Shown here: piece by piece, positions 1 through 9,666 of the stretch | Layout: the number at the start of each line of letters is the position of its first letter | Position numbering within the stretch: the first letter of the stretch is position 1 | IMG/VR virus record: IMGVR_UViG_3300020044_010179 | Coordinates: 1-64,000 of that record | Strand: one strand, 5' to 3' | Source: a virus | Taxonomy: Duplodnaviria > Caudoviricetes | DNA length: 64,000 nucleotides | Translations under genes and position numbers: made by a program | The notes under the pieces: generated by a model | Told to the model about the DNA's origin: nothing | The model's database searches: none | What the model saw: only the letters and a program-made list of their open reading frames with translations

Positions 1-121
1 AATATCCTGAGTACGTTGATGGTTTAGAACAAACTATTAAAATGATTAAATTTGCTTATTCAATTAATCCTCAATTGATATTTGAAATTGGCACTGAAGA
101 AGCAATTAGACCATTTGAGGC
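1..121. repeat. 121-bp exact duplicate of 1555-1675, probably an assembly chimera at the contig edge
   Basis: Bases 1-121 match 1555-1675 base for base, then the two copies diverge abruptly (tttttt vs gaaaga). Confidence 0.85.
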
Positions 122-668
122 TTTTTTAGATAGATTTGGTCCTGAGTACTTTAATCAAAAGTATAATATTAATGATAAACAGTATAAACCCATGAGTTAT
201 ATACTGGAACAATATAATGTAGATATATTTTATAATAATCCACTTTATACACTATTTCATGGTGATTTACAATTTGATAATATACTTTGGAGTAGTGTAA
301 CAAATAAATTCACATATATTGATTGGAGAGAATCATTTGGTGGATCAATAAAAGGTGGTGATATTTACTACGATCTAGCTAAATTATATGGTGGTACTAT
401 TATTCCATATAATATGATGAAGGAAGAAAATGCTATTGAATTAGTAGAAGGATCTACAGTAATAAAATATGATTATTATATTAGTAAAGATCTACATAAA
501 TTTAAAGAGGATTACAAAGATTGGATTATTGAAAATGGATTTGATTTAAATAAAGTAAAATTAATAACTGCTATAATATTCTTAAATATGTCTCCTCTAC
601 ATGATGAGAAGTTTGCAAAAATGTTATGGTTTAAAGCAATCGAATTACTAAGTGAACACTATAAATAA
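42..668 (+). CDS. APH/choline-kinase-like phosphotransferase, C-terminal part; first 27 aa are chimeric
   Basis: Brenner-type HGDLQFDNIL motif, YIDWR metal-binding motif and GDIYYDLAKL. The N-terminus is copied from the 1257-2225 gene. Confidence 0.7.
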   Translation: MIKFAYSINPQLIFEIGTEEAIRPFEAFLDRFGPEYFNQKYNINDKQYKPMSYILEQYNVDIFYNNPLYTLFHGDLQFDNILWSSVTNKFTYIDWRESFGGSIKGGDIYYDLAKLYGGTIIPYNMMKEENAIELVEGSTVIKYDYYISKDLHKFKEDYKDWIIENGFDLNKVKLITAIIFLNMSPLHDEKFAKMLWFKAIELLSEHYK

Positions 669-1260
669 AGATACAAAAATATATGGCTCGTTTTCCTCTA
701 ATCCGGGGAATAACGGCTGTATATTCTTTAATACTAAATTCCAAGAAAACAGAATAAATGCTATTTATAAATCATTTTATTCAGATAATATTATAACCTC
801 AATTACAGCAGCTAAAATATTAAATTTTTCCGGTTTCGCAGTTAGTATGCCATTTAAAGTAGAAATTTTAAACCATGTCGATAAAATAGATCCAGCTGCC
901 CAAGAAATCGGAGCCGCTAATACTATAATTAATAAAGATGGATATTTAAAAGCCTATAATACTGATTGGGTAGGAGTTAGTAAATTTTTCTTGGATCCCC
1001 CAAAATCTCTTATTATATTAGGTAATGGTGGTTTTAGTAAAGCAGTACAATATGCTTGTAAATCTTTAAATATAAAGTATCAAGTAATAACTAGAAATGA
1101 TTGGGATAAAGTTCCTAATTTAGAAGGTAATATATTTAATGCAACTCCAATTGATGTAAATGTTAAAGGTAATCTTATAGATGGAAGACCTTTTACTGAG
1201 ACTGGTAAGATAATAGCTGCTTTACAAGCTGAAGAACAATATAAAATTTATACTAAATGA
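652..1260 (+). CDS. Compact shikimate-dehydrogenase-like oxidoreductase
   Basis: SMPFK, GAANT, NTDWVG, GNGGFSKA (Rossmann) and NATP motifs of the AroE family. Confidence 0.75.
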   Translation: MNTINKDTKIYGSFSSNPGNNGCIFFNTKFQENRINAIYKSFYSDNIITSITAAKILNFSGFAVSMPFKVEILNHVDKIDPAAQEIGAANTIINKDGYLKAYNTDWVGVSKFFLDPPKSLIILGNGGFSKAVQYACKSLNIKYQVITRNDWDKVPNLEGNIFNATPIDVNVKGNLIDGRPFTETGKIIAALQAEEQYKIYTK

Positions 1261-2225
1261 ATAATATAAAATACTTTATAGGACCAATGTCTAAAAACAT
1301 TGTAGATGCTATAGTTGAATTTTGTAATAACACAGGTAATACTATAGGATTAATCCCATCCCGCCGCCAAGTAGAATGGGATGGAGGTTATGTTAATAGT
1401 TGGACTACCGAAGAATTTAGTAAATATGTCACTACATTACCATTACAACGTGATCATGGTGGTCCTGGACAAGGCAATAATGATGATGATGGATATGAAT
1501 CATTAGCTTATGATGCTAAACATTTACAATTAATCCATATTGATCCTTGGAAAAAATATCCTGAGTACGTTGATGGTTTAGAACAAACTATTAAAATGAT
1601 TAAATTTGCTTATTCAATTAATCCTCAATTGATATTTGAAATTGGCACTGAAGAAGCAATTAGACCATTTGAGGCGAAAGAATTAGATCAATTAGTACTT
1701 GATTTATGGAATGCATTGCCTAAAGAAATATGTAGTAATATAAAATACCTTGTAATACAATCAGGTACATCATTAAAAGGAACTAATCAAACGGGTCATT
1801 ATAATAGTCAACGTTTATTAGATATGATTACTGTTGCTAAAAAACATAATTTAATCTCTAAAGAACATAATGGTGATTATATACCAGTATCAATTATTAA
1901 AGAAAAATTTAATTTAGGGTTAGATTCAATAAATATAGCACCTGAATTTGGCCTTATAGAAACTCAGACGTATATTAATGAAATAGGAAATTCTGATTTA
2001 TTTGATCGATATTGGCAAATATGTTATGATTCTAAAAAATGGGTAAAGTGGGTTAACTCTGAATTTAATCCTTATACCAATAAAAAAGAATTAGTTGAAA
2101 TATGTGGCCATTATGTTTTATCATACCCTGAATTCATTTCAGACATTAAATCACAATTTCCCGATATAGATAAAAAAATAAAAATAAATGTTACAAAAAA
2201 ATTAAATGAATTATATGGATATTAG
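1257..2225 (+). CDS. TIM-barrel sugar-phosphate aldolase/epimerase (GatZ/KbaZ/class II aldolase-like)
   Basis: RDHGGPGQG, HIDPW, EIGTEE, KEHNGDY and NIAPEFG motifs. Confidence 0.55.
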   Translation: MNNIKYFIGPMSKNIVDAIVEFCNNTGNTIGLIPSRRQVEWDGGYVNSWTTEEFSKYVTTLPLQRDHGGPGQGNNDDDGYESLAYDAKHLQLIHIDPWKKYPEYVDGLEQTIKMIKFAYSINPQLIFEIGTEEAIRPFEAKELDQLVLDLWNALPKEICSNIKYLVIQSGTSLKGTNQTGHYNSQRLLDMITVAKKHNLISKEHNGDYIPVSIIKEKFNLGLDSINIAPEFGLIETQTYINEIGNSDLFDRYWQICYDSKKWVKWVNSEFNPYTNKKELVEICGHYVLSYPEFISDIKSQFPDIDKKIKINVTKKLNELYGY

Positions 2226-2574
2226 ACCTAAAACAATATTTTGTGATATTGATGGAACCTTAGTTAAACATGACCCACCTTCTCTTACATCAAAACCGAA
2301 TTATAAAATGGAATTGTTAGAAGGAACTATTGAAAAATTATTAGAGTGGGACAAGAAAGGATATAATATTATACTAACTACAGGTAGGAAAGAAAGTTTA
2401 AGAAAAGTAACTAAGCAACAACTTACAGAAGCAGGTATATTTTATAATTATCTTATAATGGGGATTGGAGGCGGAACTCGTTATCTAATAAATGATAACA
2501 AACCAGAAGGTACAGAATCTGCATTTGCTATTAATTTAAAACGTAATAAGGGAGTCAATGATATTATTTTGTAA
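2206..2574 (+). CDS. Small HAD-family phosphatase
   Basis: FCDIDGTL (motif I), TTGR (motif II) and INDNKP. Confidence 0.8.
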   Translation: MNYMDIRPKTIFCDIDGTLVKHDPPSLTSKPNYKMELLEGTIEKLLEWDKKGYNIILTTGRKESLRKVTKQQLTEAGIFYNYLIMGIGGGTRYLINDNKPEGTESAFAINLKRNKGVNDIIL

Positions 2575-3667
2575 TACATTTATAACGGAAACAAAACCCC
2601 CAATAGGGAAAGGTTTTGTGTTTAGAGAAAATTTAAAATTATTTTCTAACTTTGACATTTTTAAATATTCATTAGCTAGTTTAGCTGTTGCTTATGATTG
2701 GAGTAAAGTTATTTTAAAAATATCTTTAGATGATGTATATAAACATAAGCAAGATGAATTAGAAGAATTTATTAAAAAAGAATTTAAAAATTTTAACTTA
2801 ATATTAAAATGGCAGAGAAATGAATATCAAAACGATTGGAAAAAGGATTATGAATTATTAGATGGTAATTTAATTTGGTATTCTTGCAATCATGATCATA
2901 TATTTTTTGATTCGTCTAAAGATTATTTAGATGAATTAGTTAACGAAATGAAAGATGAAGAATTATGTTCATTAGGATTTTCCCATTTCCCAGAATCTAT
3001 AAGAAATGCTAAATTAGGTAGCGCATCCTACCCTAATGACCCTACAACTTATAAAATACATAACAACTATCTCTCAGTTATAGCTAATTGTTTTGATAGT
3101 ATTCAAATTATAACTAAAGAACTATATCATAAATGGTGGTTTGAAGGTGAGTTTAATCATATTAAATTACCTCGTCCTGATTTTTTTGGAATTTCATTAG
3201 CTGAAATTAAACCGGTACCTCTTCATAAGGTAATAATACCATTAAAAGAGATATGTCGCCATTTTGATGGATACCAACATATAAATCCACCAATAACAAA
3301 CAATCAATGTCCGGCAATTGATATTCCTGATGGATTTTTTAAAAATGATATTAAAATTAGGTATGGTTACGATGATTATAAAGAGGGATGGACTAATATT
3401 AATCCCAAAAATCCTTATTACTATGCTTATAATATAACTGGAACTGATTATAAATTTACATTAGAAGATTTACCACTAGTTTGGAAAAGCAGAATATCTG
3501 TTGTAGATTCAAATCCTGATATAGATGAAGAAGAAATACTTCAATATCGTTTAAAATCCATATTAGAAATGATTTATACTTCTGAATATTATATTGTTGA
3601 TAAGGAAGTTGAAGAAAAAATACTTAATAAATACTTAAAACAATTTAATTACACCATAGATGCTTAA
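2558..3667 (+). CDS. Hypothetical protein, glycosyltransferase-like
   Basis: 369-aa ORF in the glycan island, CNHDHIFFD acidic motif, coupled start and stop. Confidence 0.4.
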   Translation: MILFCNTFITETKPPIGKGFVFRENLKLFSNFDIFKYSLASLAVAYDWSKVILKISLDDVYKHKQDELEEFIKKEFKNFNLILKWQRNEYQNDWKKDYELLDGNLIWYSCNHDHIFFDSSKDYLDELVNEMKDEELCSLGFSHFPESIRNAKLGSASYPNDPTTYKIHNNYLSVIANCFDSIQIITKELYHKWWFEGEFNHIKLPRPDFFGISLAEIKPVPLHKVIIPLKEICRHFDGYQHINPPITNNQCPAIDIPDGFFKNDIKIRYGYDDYKEGWTNINPKNPYYYAYNITGTDYKFTLEDLPLVWKSRISVVDSNPDIDEEEILQYRLKSILEMIYTSEYYIVDKEVEEKILNKYLKQFNYTIDA

Positions 3668-4520
3668 AATATACTCTAATTTTATAGGAGCAGAATCATT
3701 TGAAAATGTTATTCCTAATGATTTAAAAAATAAACCAATTACTATATTTAATGATTATCCTAATATAACCCAAGAACAACTTGAGTTTAATCCATATAAT
3801 ATATTAATGGTAATGGAACCAAACCAATTATTTGGCATCCATAATTGGGCTATCCAGAATGCTCATTTATTTAGCATAGTATTAACATGGGGACAAGATA
3901 TATTAGATAAATGCCCTAATGCTATGTTTTTTCCTTTTGGGATTAGCTGGTTAGATAAAGAATATATAGATAATATAGATAAATTAGAAAAAAAATTTGA
4001 AGTATCATTTTTATGTGGGGGTAAACAAATTATTGAAGGTCATCATTTAAGGCATAGAATATATAAACGTGAAAAAGAAATATTAACCCCCAAACAATGG
4101 CACTATACTCTTCCAGACTATGATTATAATAAAGGAAATCATACCATTATAAAATATGAAGATAAATGTCCTGGTCATGAGAAAAAAAGACTATGGAATA
4201 GTATGTTTTCAATTTGTATTGAAAATTCATCAAATAGAGGATATCACACTGAAAAAATAATTGATGCTTTCTTATCTAAAACAGTTCCTATTTATTGGGG
4301 TTGTCCAAATCTAGAAGAATTAGGATATGATCCTAATGGTTTTATATATTGCAATGATGAAAATGAAATTATTAAAGCTACTAATACATTAACTCCTGAA
4401 GATTATTTTAATCGAAAGAAAGCTATTGATTATAATTATGAATTAGCAAAATATTATGCTGATTTATTTGAAAGATTTAAAGATATTATTAGTGAAATTA
4501 TTAAATTAAATGATATATGA
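3660..4520 (+). CDS. GT10 (alpha-1,3-fucosyltransferase-like) glycosyltransferase
   Basis: FSICIENSSNRGYHTEKIIDAFLSKTVPIYWG matches the GT10 signature. Confidence 0.8.
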   Translation: MLKIYSNFIGAESFENVIPNDLKNKPITIFNDYPNITQEQLEFNPYNILMVMEPNQLFGIHNWAIQNAHLFSIVLTWGQDILDKCPNAMFFPFGISWLDKEYIDNIDKLEKKFEVSFLCGGKQIIEGHHLRHRIYKREKEILTPKQWHYTLPDYDYNKGNHTIIKYEDKCPGHEKKRLWNSMFSICIENSSNRGYHTEKIIDAFLSKTVPIYWGCPNLEELGYDPNGFIYCNDENEIIKATNTLTPEDYFNRKKAIDYNYELAKYYADLFERFKDIISEIIKLNDI

Positions 4521-5428
4521 AAATAGGCTGTTTTATATCTCAGTTCACTTTAGAAGGAGGATCTATTGTAGTTGGAGACGCTACAAAATATAATGACTTA
4601 GCTAAATGTGCTGTAGATAGTTTTAAAAAGTTTAATCCTGAGGTTGAATTACATTATGTTAATGATACTAATTTCATGGAATATTACGAAAAATATTTCC
4701 AAAGTTATGAATTAGTTGACCATATAGGAATTGTTAGATACATGTTAGCATATGATATAATGCTAAAAGAAAAGTATGATAAATTAATTGTTTTAGGTTG
4801 TGATACTATTACATGCTCTAAATTAGATGAATTCATTAATGGTACAGAAGATGTATTAACTACTTTAAACTACCCTTGCCAAGAATCAACTGATTATTTC
4901 ACCACCCCAATATTTGAAATATATCCTGGAGTATATGATCATGGAAATATAAATGCGGATGTTGTTTGTTTTAACAACATAAATGCGTTTAAAAAAGTAA
5001 TTGACCTAGCTACAGAACATTTTACAGTATTTGCTGAACAAGGAGCTTTAAATGAACTAGCATGGGTTGACAAATCATATAGTGTTAAAGTAATAGATTT
5101 CCCCTACCCAACCAGTAATGTATCGTATAATGCTCGATCTAAAGGAGTATTTGGGACAAATATGATTAAAAAAGGAATGTTGGCTAAACATGGTTCTTTA
5201 GATGGTCAACCAAGCCCTATAAGACATTGGTATGTTAAGGATAAAAAATTATATACTCATGATCATAAACAAATAAAATGTTTCCATTATGTTGAAGGAT
5301 TAACTGGTCGCTCTATGGATGAATTTAATGAGATAATGGACGATTTTAAGCACCATTGGTTTAACCAAGAAACTATAAAATTCTTCTCAGAAGAATGTGA
5401 CTGCTCAAAATTTTTTAATTATATTTAA
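4517..5428 (+). CDS. GT-A fold glycosyltransferase-like protein
   Basis: LGCDTIT DxD-like motif, NADVV, EQGALN and a late FHY, resembling GT8-like enzymes. Confidence 0.5.
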   Translation: MKIGCFISQFTLEGGSIVVGDATKYNDLAKCAVDSFKKFNPEVELHYVNDTNFMEYYEKYFQSYELVDHIGIVRYMLAYDIMLKEKYDKLIVLGCDTITCSKLDEFINGTEDVLTTLNYPCQESTDYFTTPIFEIYPGVYDHGNINADVVCFNNINAFKKVIDLATEHFTVFAEQGALNELAWVDKSYSVKVIDFPYPTSNVSYNARSKGVFGTNMIKKGMLAKHGSLDGQPSPIRHWYVKDKKLYTHDHKQIKCFHYVEGLTGRSMDEFNEIMDDFKHHWFNQETIKFFSEECDCSKFFNYI

Positions 5429-5447
5429 CAACAACAACAATAAAAAT

Positions 5448-6371
5448 ATGATATCTTTTGTAACAATAGGAAGAAATGATAATTATGGAGGGAATTTTTT
5501 AAATATTCTTATTAGATCATTAAACCATAATTTAGATGAAATCTCAAAATTAACTAATAATTTTGAGTATATTTTAGTTGATTGGGTTTCTATTAAAGAA
5601 CCTTTATACCAATTAGAAGAATTTAAGAAATTATTAACAACGTATCCTCAATTTAAAATTTATACTGTAGATAAATCTGTAGCTATAAACGAGGATATAT
5701 CAACAGAATTCTTATATGAGTACTATGCTAAAAATGTAGGTATAAGAAAATCACAAGGAGAAATGATATCAGTTTTAAATAGTGATTTACTATTATCTTC
5801 TGATTTAATATCAAATATTATTTCTTTATCTGAGTCATCTGTTATTCCATCTATTTTTAGACCAAGATTTAGTGTAGGAATTAAAGTTGATAGTGATATA
5901 AATGATGTTCAATCTAAACTTGAAGTAATTGGTATTGGAGATATAGGTAAACACATAGACGAAAATTGTAATTTTTCTGGAGAGGGATTTTATGACACCA
6001 AATTTGGGGTTATTGATTTTGAAAATAGAGAAATAGACCCTATGGGAGAGATAGCTAGTGGTGATATAGTAATATCATATAAAGAACATCTTAAGGATTT
6101 AATTAAAGGATATGATGAAATAAATCCCGAACACAGACAAAAAGACAAACGTCAATCTGGAATGGACAGTGAAATAATTTATAATTATGTCTCAAGAAAT
6201 TTGCCTGTTTTTTATTTAGAAAATTTATATTTTCATGTTGAACATTCTAGAAAGGACTTAAACAGAGATAATGTTAGAAACTTAACAATATGGAATAATC
6301 CAGAAGATTGGGGGATGGAAAAATATAAAGTTAACACAATAGACACAAATGTGTATTTAATATTTAATTAA
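5448..6371 (+). CDS. GT2-like glycosyltransferase, paralog of 14007-14885
   Basis: GRNDNYGG, LVDW, AKNVGIRKSQGE and NSD. Start taken as ATG 5448. Confidence 0.65.
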   Translation: MISFVTIGRNDNYGGNFLNILIRSLNHNLDEISKLTNNFEYILVDWVSIKEPLYQLEEFKKLLTTYPQFKIYTVDKSVAINEDISTEFLYEYYAKNVGIRKSQGEMISVLNSDLLLSSDLISNIISLSESSVIPSIFRPRFSVGIKVDSDINDVQSKLEVIGIGDIGKHIDENCNFSGEGFYDTKFGVIDFENREIDPMGEIASGDIVISYKEHLKDLIKGYDEINPEHRQKDKRQSGMDSEIIYNYVSRNLPVFYLENLYFHVEHSRKDLNRDNVRNLTIWNNPEDWGMEKYKVNTIDTNVYLIFN

Positions 6372-6389
6372 TTTAATAAAAAATTTGAT

Positions 6390-7532
6390 ATGAAAAAAGT
6401 ATGGTATGCTCCTAATAAGTTTGAGTCTTATGGAGAAGAAGAAATTAAAGCAGTAGAAGCTTGCCTACGTGACGGATGGTTAGCAGGATTCGGTCCTCGT
6501 TCAATAGAATTTGAAAAGAAGATTGCTAAACGATTCGGCAAAAAGTATGGAGTATTTGTTAATTCAGGCTCTTCAGCTTGTTTATTAGCAATTGCTGCTT
6601 TAGGACTTAAAAAAGGAGCAAAAATTATTACACCATCTTGTACATTTTCAACAACACTAGCACCAATCATTCAATTAGGTTACGAGCCAATATTCTGTGA
6701 TGTAGAATTAACATCTTATGTTCCTTCTGTGCAAAGTATCTTAGATTTAATTACAGAGGACGTTAGAGCTATCATGGTTCCAAATCTTATTGGTAACAAA
6801 CCAGACTGGGATTTACTAAAAAGTGAGTTAGCTCGCATTGGTCGTGAAGACATTATCGTAATTGAAGATTCAGCAGATACAATTACATACACAGAGAGTA
6901 CTGATGTATCAACTACAAGTTTCTATGCTAGTCATATTATCACAGCAGGTGGTACTGGAGGTATGGTTATGTTTAATGACATCAAGCATGTAGAACGAGC
7001 ATTGCAATATAGAGATTGGGGAAGAATGGGAGATAATTCTGAAATTATGGATGATCGTTTTAATCATATAGTAGATGGTATTCCATATGATCACAAATTC
7101 CTTTATGGAGTATTAGGATATAACATGAAGTGTAGTGAAATGAGCGCAGCATTTGGTTTAGTTCAATTAGAGCGATTTGAAGACTATAAACACAAACGCA
7201 GAACAAACTTTGAGCGCTACTTAGAAAATCTTAAAAATATTGAAGAATTAATACTTCCAGATGATAGCGTTGAACCAAACTGGCTAGCTATTCCATTACA
7301 AACAGAAAGACGTTTAGAATTACTAACATTCCTAGAAGAGAATAATATTCAAACTCGAGTAACCTTTGCAGGAAACGTAACACGTCATCCTATATATAGA
7401 GAATATTTACAGGACTTTGAGAATGCAGATGCAATCATGAAGAATGGTTTCCTATTAGGAGCACACCACGGAATGACTGTTGAAGATGTAGATTATGTAT
7501 GTGATAAAATTAAAGAATTTTTTAGTAAATGA
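6390..7532 (+). CDS. DegT/DnrJ-family PLP/PMP enzyme, ColD/RfbH-type 3-dehydratase
   Basis: VNSGSSA, IEDSAD, SFYASHIITAGG (His at the usual Lys position) and GYNMK. Confidence 0.8.
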   Translation: MKKVWYAPNKFESYGEEEIKAVEACLRDGWLAGFGPRSIEFEKKIAKRFGKKYGVFVNSGSSACLLAIAALGLKKGAKIITPSCTFSTTLAPIIQLGYEPIFCDVELTSYVPSVQSILDLITEDVRAIMVPNLIGNKPDWDLLKSELARIGREDIIVIEDSADTITYTESTDVSTTSFYASHIITAGGTGGMVMFNDIKHVERALQYRDWGRMGDNSEIMDDRFNHIVDGIPYDHKFLYGVLGYNMKCSEMSAAFGLVQLERFEDYKHKRRTNFERYLENLKNIEELILPDDSVEPNWLAIPLQTERRLELLTFLEENNIQTRVTFAGNVTRHPIYREYLQDFENADAIMKNGFLLGAHHGMTVEDVDYVCDKIKEFFSK

Positions 7533-8494
7533 AAGTAGTATATGTAACGGGATGCTTAGGATTTATTGGATCCTATGTAACAAGAAAATGTTTAGATAAA
7601 GGATGGTATGTAAAAGGAGTTGATAAAATGACCTATGCCGCCAACAAATATTTACTAACTGAATTTAAAAAATATCCTAATTTTTCATTTGTTCATTGTG
7701 ATATTAATGAATTAAAATTTTTATATGATTGTGATTTTGTAATCAATACAGCAGCAGAAACACACGTTGGTAATTCAATTGCTAGCAGCACTGAATTTGT
7801 TAAATCAAATATTGATGGGGTTCATAATTTACTTGAACTGATCAAAAATCATAGAGGGGAAAATACTCAAAAACCAATCTTACTTCATTTTAGTACAGAT
7901 GAAGTATATGGTGATATCGAAGAAGGAGCACACGATGAGGAGCACTTACTTAAACCAAGTAACCCATACTCAGCTACTAAAGCAGCAGCAGATATGTTAG
8001 TTATGGCTTGGGGTAGAACACATAATATACCTTATATGATTATTCGTCCAACAAATAATTATGGTATTGGACAATATGTAGAAAAATTAATCCCAAAATC
8101 GGTAAAATTATTAAGTTTAGGACGTAAAATTCCACTACATAATAAAGGATTATCTTATAGAAACTGGTTACACGCTGATGATACCGCAGATGCGGTAATT
8201 ACATTAATTGAAAGTGGTAAAATTGGAGAAATATATAATGTAGCAGGAGGTTTTGAACAACAAAATGTTGAAACCGTTAAACAAGTAATAACTGAATTTA
8301 ATCAAGTTAAAAATTGGGAAGATTTCCATGATATAGAACATTATGTTGATTTTTCATATAATCGCCCTGGAGAAGATGTTAGATATGCTTTAGATGATTC
8401 AAAAATTAGATCTTTAGGATGGAAACCAAAAAGCGTGTTTTCTAAAGAAATTTCTCGTATAATTAACCATTACAAAAATAAATTTATATGGTAA
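7529..8494 (+). CDS. NDP-glucose 4,6-dehydratase (RmlB/RfbB-like SDR)
   Basis: TGCLGFIGS, AAETHV, STDEVYG, PSNPYSATKAA and NNYG. Confidence 0.85.
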   Translation: MKVVYVTGCLGFIGSYVTRKCLDKGWYVKGVDKMTYAANKYLLTEFKKYPNFSFVHCDINELKFLYDCDFVINTAAETHVGNSIASSTEFVKSNIDGVHNLLELIKNHRGENTQKPILLHFSTDEVYGDIEEGAHDEEHLLKPSNPYSATKAAADMLVMAWGRTHNIPYMIIRPTNNYGIGQYVEKLIPKSVKLLSLGRKIPLHNKGLSYRNWLHADDTADAVITLIESGKIGEIYNVAGGFEQQNVETVKQVITEFNQVKNWEDFHDIEHYVDFSYNRPGEDVRYALDDSKIRSLGWKPKSVFSKEISRIINHYKNKFIW

Positions 8495-9120
8495 CCATTG
8501 ATAAATTAATAGAATTTGAAACTAGAATAGGAAATCTATTCAATGAAGGTAAAATAGCAGCCCCTATCCACCTATACTCAGGAAATGAAGAATTAATAAT
8601 GGAAATATTCCAAGAAATTGATACTGAAAATGATTGGGTATGTTGCACTTGGAGAAACCACTACCAAGGATTATTAAAAGGAATCCCAGAACAAGTATTA
8701 GAAGATAATATTATATTAGGGAAATCTATGGTAGCAAATTTACCTGAATATAAATTTATCTGTAGTTCAATTGTAGGAGGTATTCCTTCTATAGCAACAG
8801 GTATTGCTTTAGCAAATAAACTTCAAGATAAAAAAGGAAGAGTATGGTGTTGGGTAGGTGATATGAGTGCTGAAACAGGCCATTTTCACGAAGCATATAA
8901 ATATAGTCTTAACCATGAATTACCAATTACATTTATAGTAGAAGACAATAAAAAATCAGTTTGTACTCCAACACCTGATATTTGGGGAAGAGATTTACCT
9001 TATTATTTAGAAAGTAAAGAATATAATGGAGGTATTTTAAAACAACCACATTTATATTATTACCAATATTCAAATACTAAATATCCACACGCAGGTGCTG
9101 GTAAACGAGTTCAATTTTAA
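8488..9120 (+). CDS. ThDP-dependent enzyme, short E1-alpha-like subunit
   Basis: GD...EDN ThDP motif, PIHLYSG and SSIVGG. Confidence 0.8.
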   Translation: MVTIDKLIEFETRIGNLFNEGKIAAPIHLYSGNEELIMEIFQEIDTENDWVCCTWRNHYQGLLKGIPEQVLEDNIILGKSMVANLPEYKFICSSIVGGIPSIATGIALANKLQDKKGRVWCWVGDMSAETGHFHEAYKYSLNHELPITFIVEDNKKSVCTPTPDIWGRDLPYYLESKEYNGGILKQPHLYYYQYSNTKYPHAGAGKRVQF

Positions 9121-9129
9121 TAAAATTAT

Positions 9130-9666
9130 ATGAAATATTTCGAAGAATTACAAAAAGCAATGATTTTGCTAAGTGAGAATCCTTATACATTATTTATAGG
9201 ACAAGCTGTAGAATATGAAGGAACAGGACTTTATGATTCATTATCTCATATCCCAATAGAAAAACGACTTGAATTACCTGTAGCCGAATACTTACAAACA
9301 GGTTTAGCAAATGGAATGGCTATTAATGGAATGATTCCTGTATCAACATATCCAAGATGGAATTTTTTACTTATGGGAGTTGATCAAATTGTAAACCATT
9401 TAGATAAATTTTCTACAATGTCTAATGGTAAATTAGATACTAAAGTTATAATCAGAGTAGCAGTTGGAAGTGAATATCCTGTAGATCCACAATGTCAACA
9501 TAAGGGAAATTTTTCAGATGCATTTAAATCAATGTTACAAAGTATTGAATTAATTGAACTAATCGAACCTGAAGATATAGTTCCTGCATATGAAAAGGCA
9601 TTAAATAGAACAGATGGAAAAAGTACAATTTTAGTTGAATTTGCTGATTACTGTAAAACTAAATAA
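9130..9666 (+). CDS. E1-beta/transketolase pyrimidine-binding-domain protein lacking the C-terminal domain
   Basis: FIGQAV, ELPVAEY (catalytic Glu), DQIVNH and DPQCQH. Only 178 aa. Confidence 0.75.
   Translation: MKYFEELQKAMILLSENPYTLFIGQAVEYEGTGLYDSLSHIPIEKRLELPVAEYLQTGLANGMAINGMIPVSTYPRWNFLLMGVDQIVNHLDKFSTMSNGKLDTKVIIRVAVGSEYPVDPQCQHKGNFSDAFKSMLQSIELIELIEPEDIVPAYEKALNRTDGKSTILVEFADYCKTK

Noticed and set aside
8488-9666. Auxiliary pyruvate dehydrogenase for central metabolism
   Set aside because: Both subunits are truncated, there is no E2/E3, and they sit among NDP-sugar genes; sugar branching is more parsimonious
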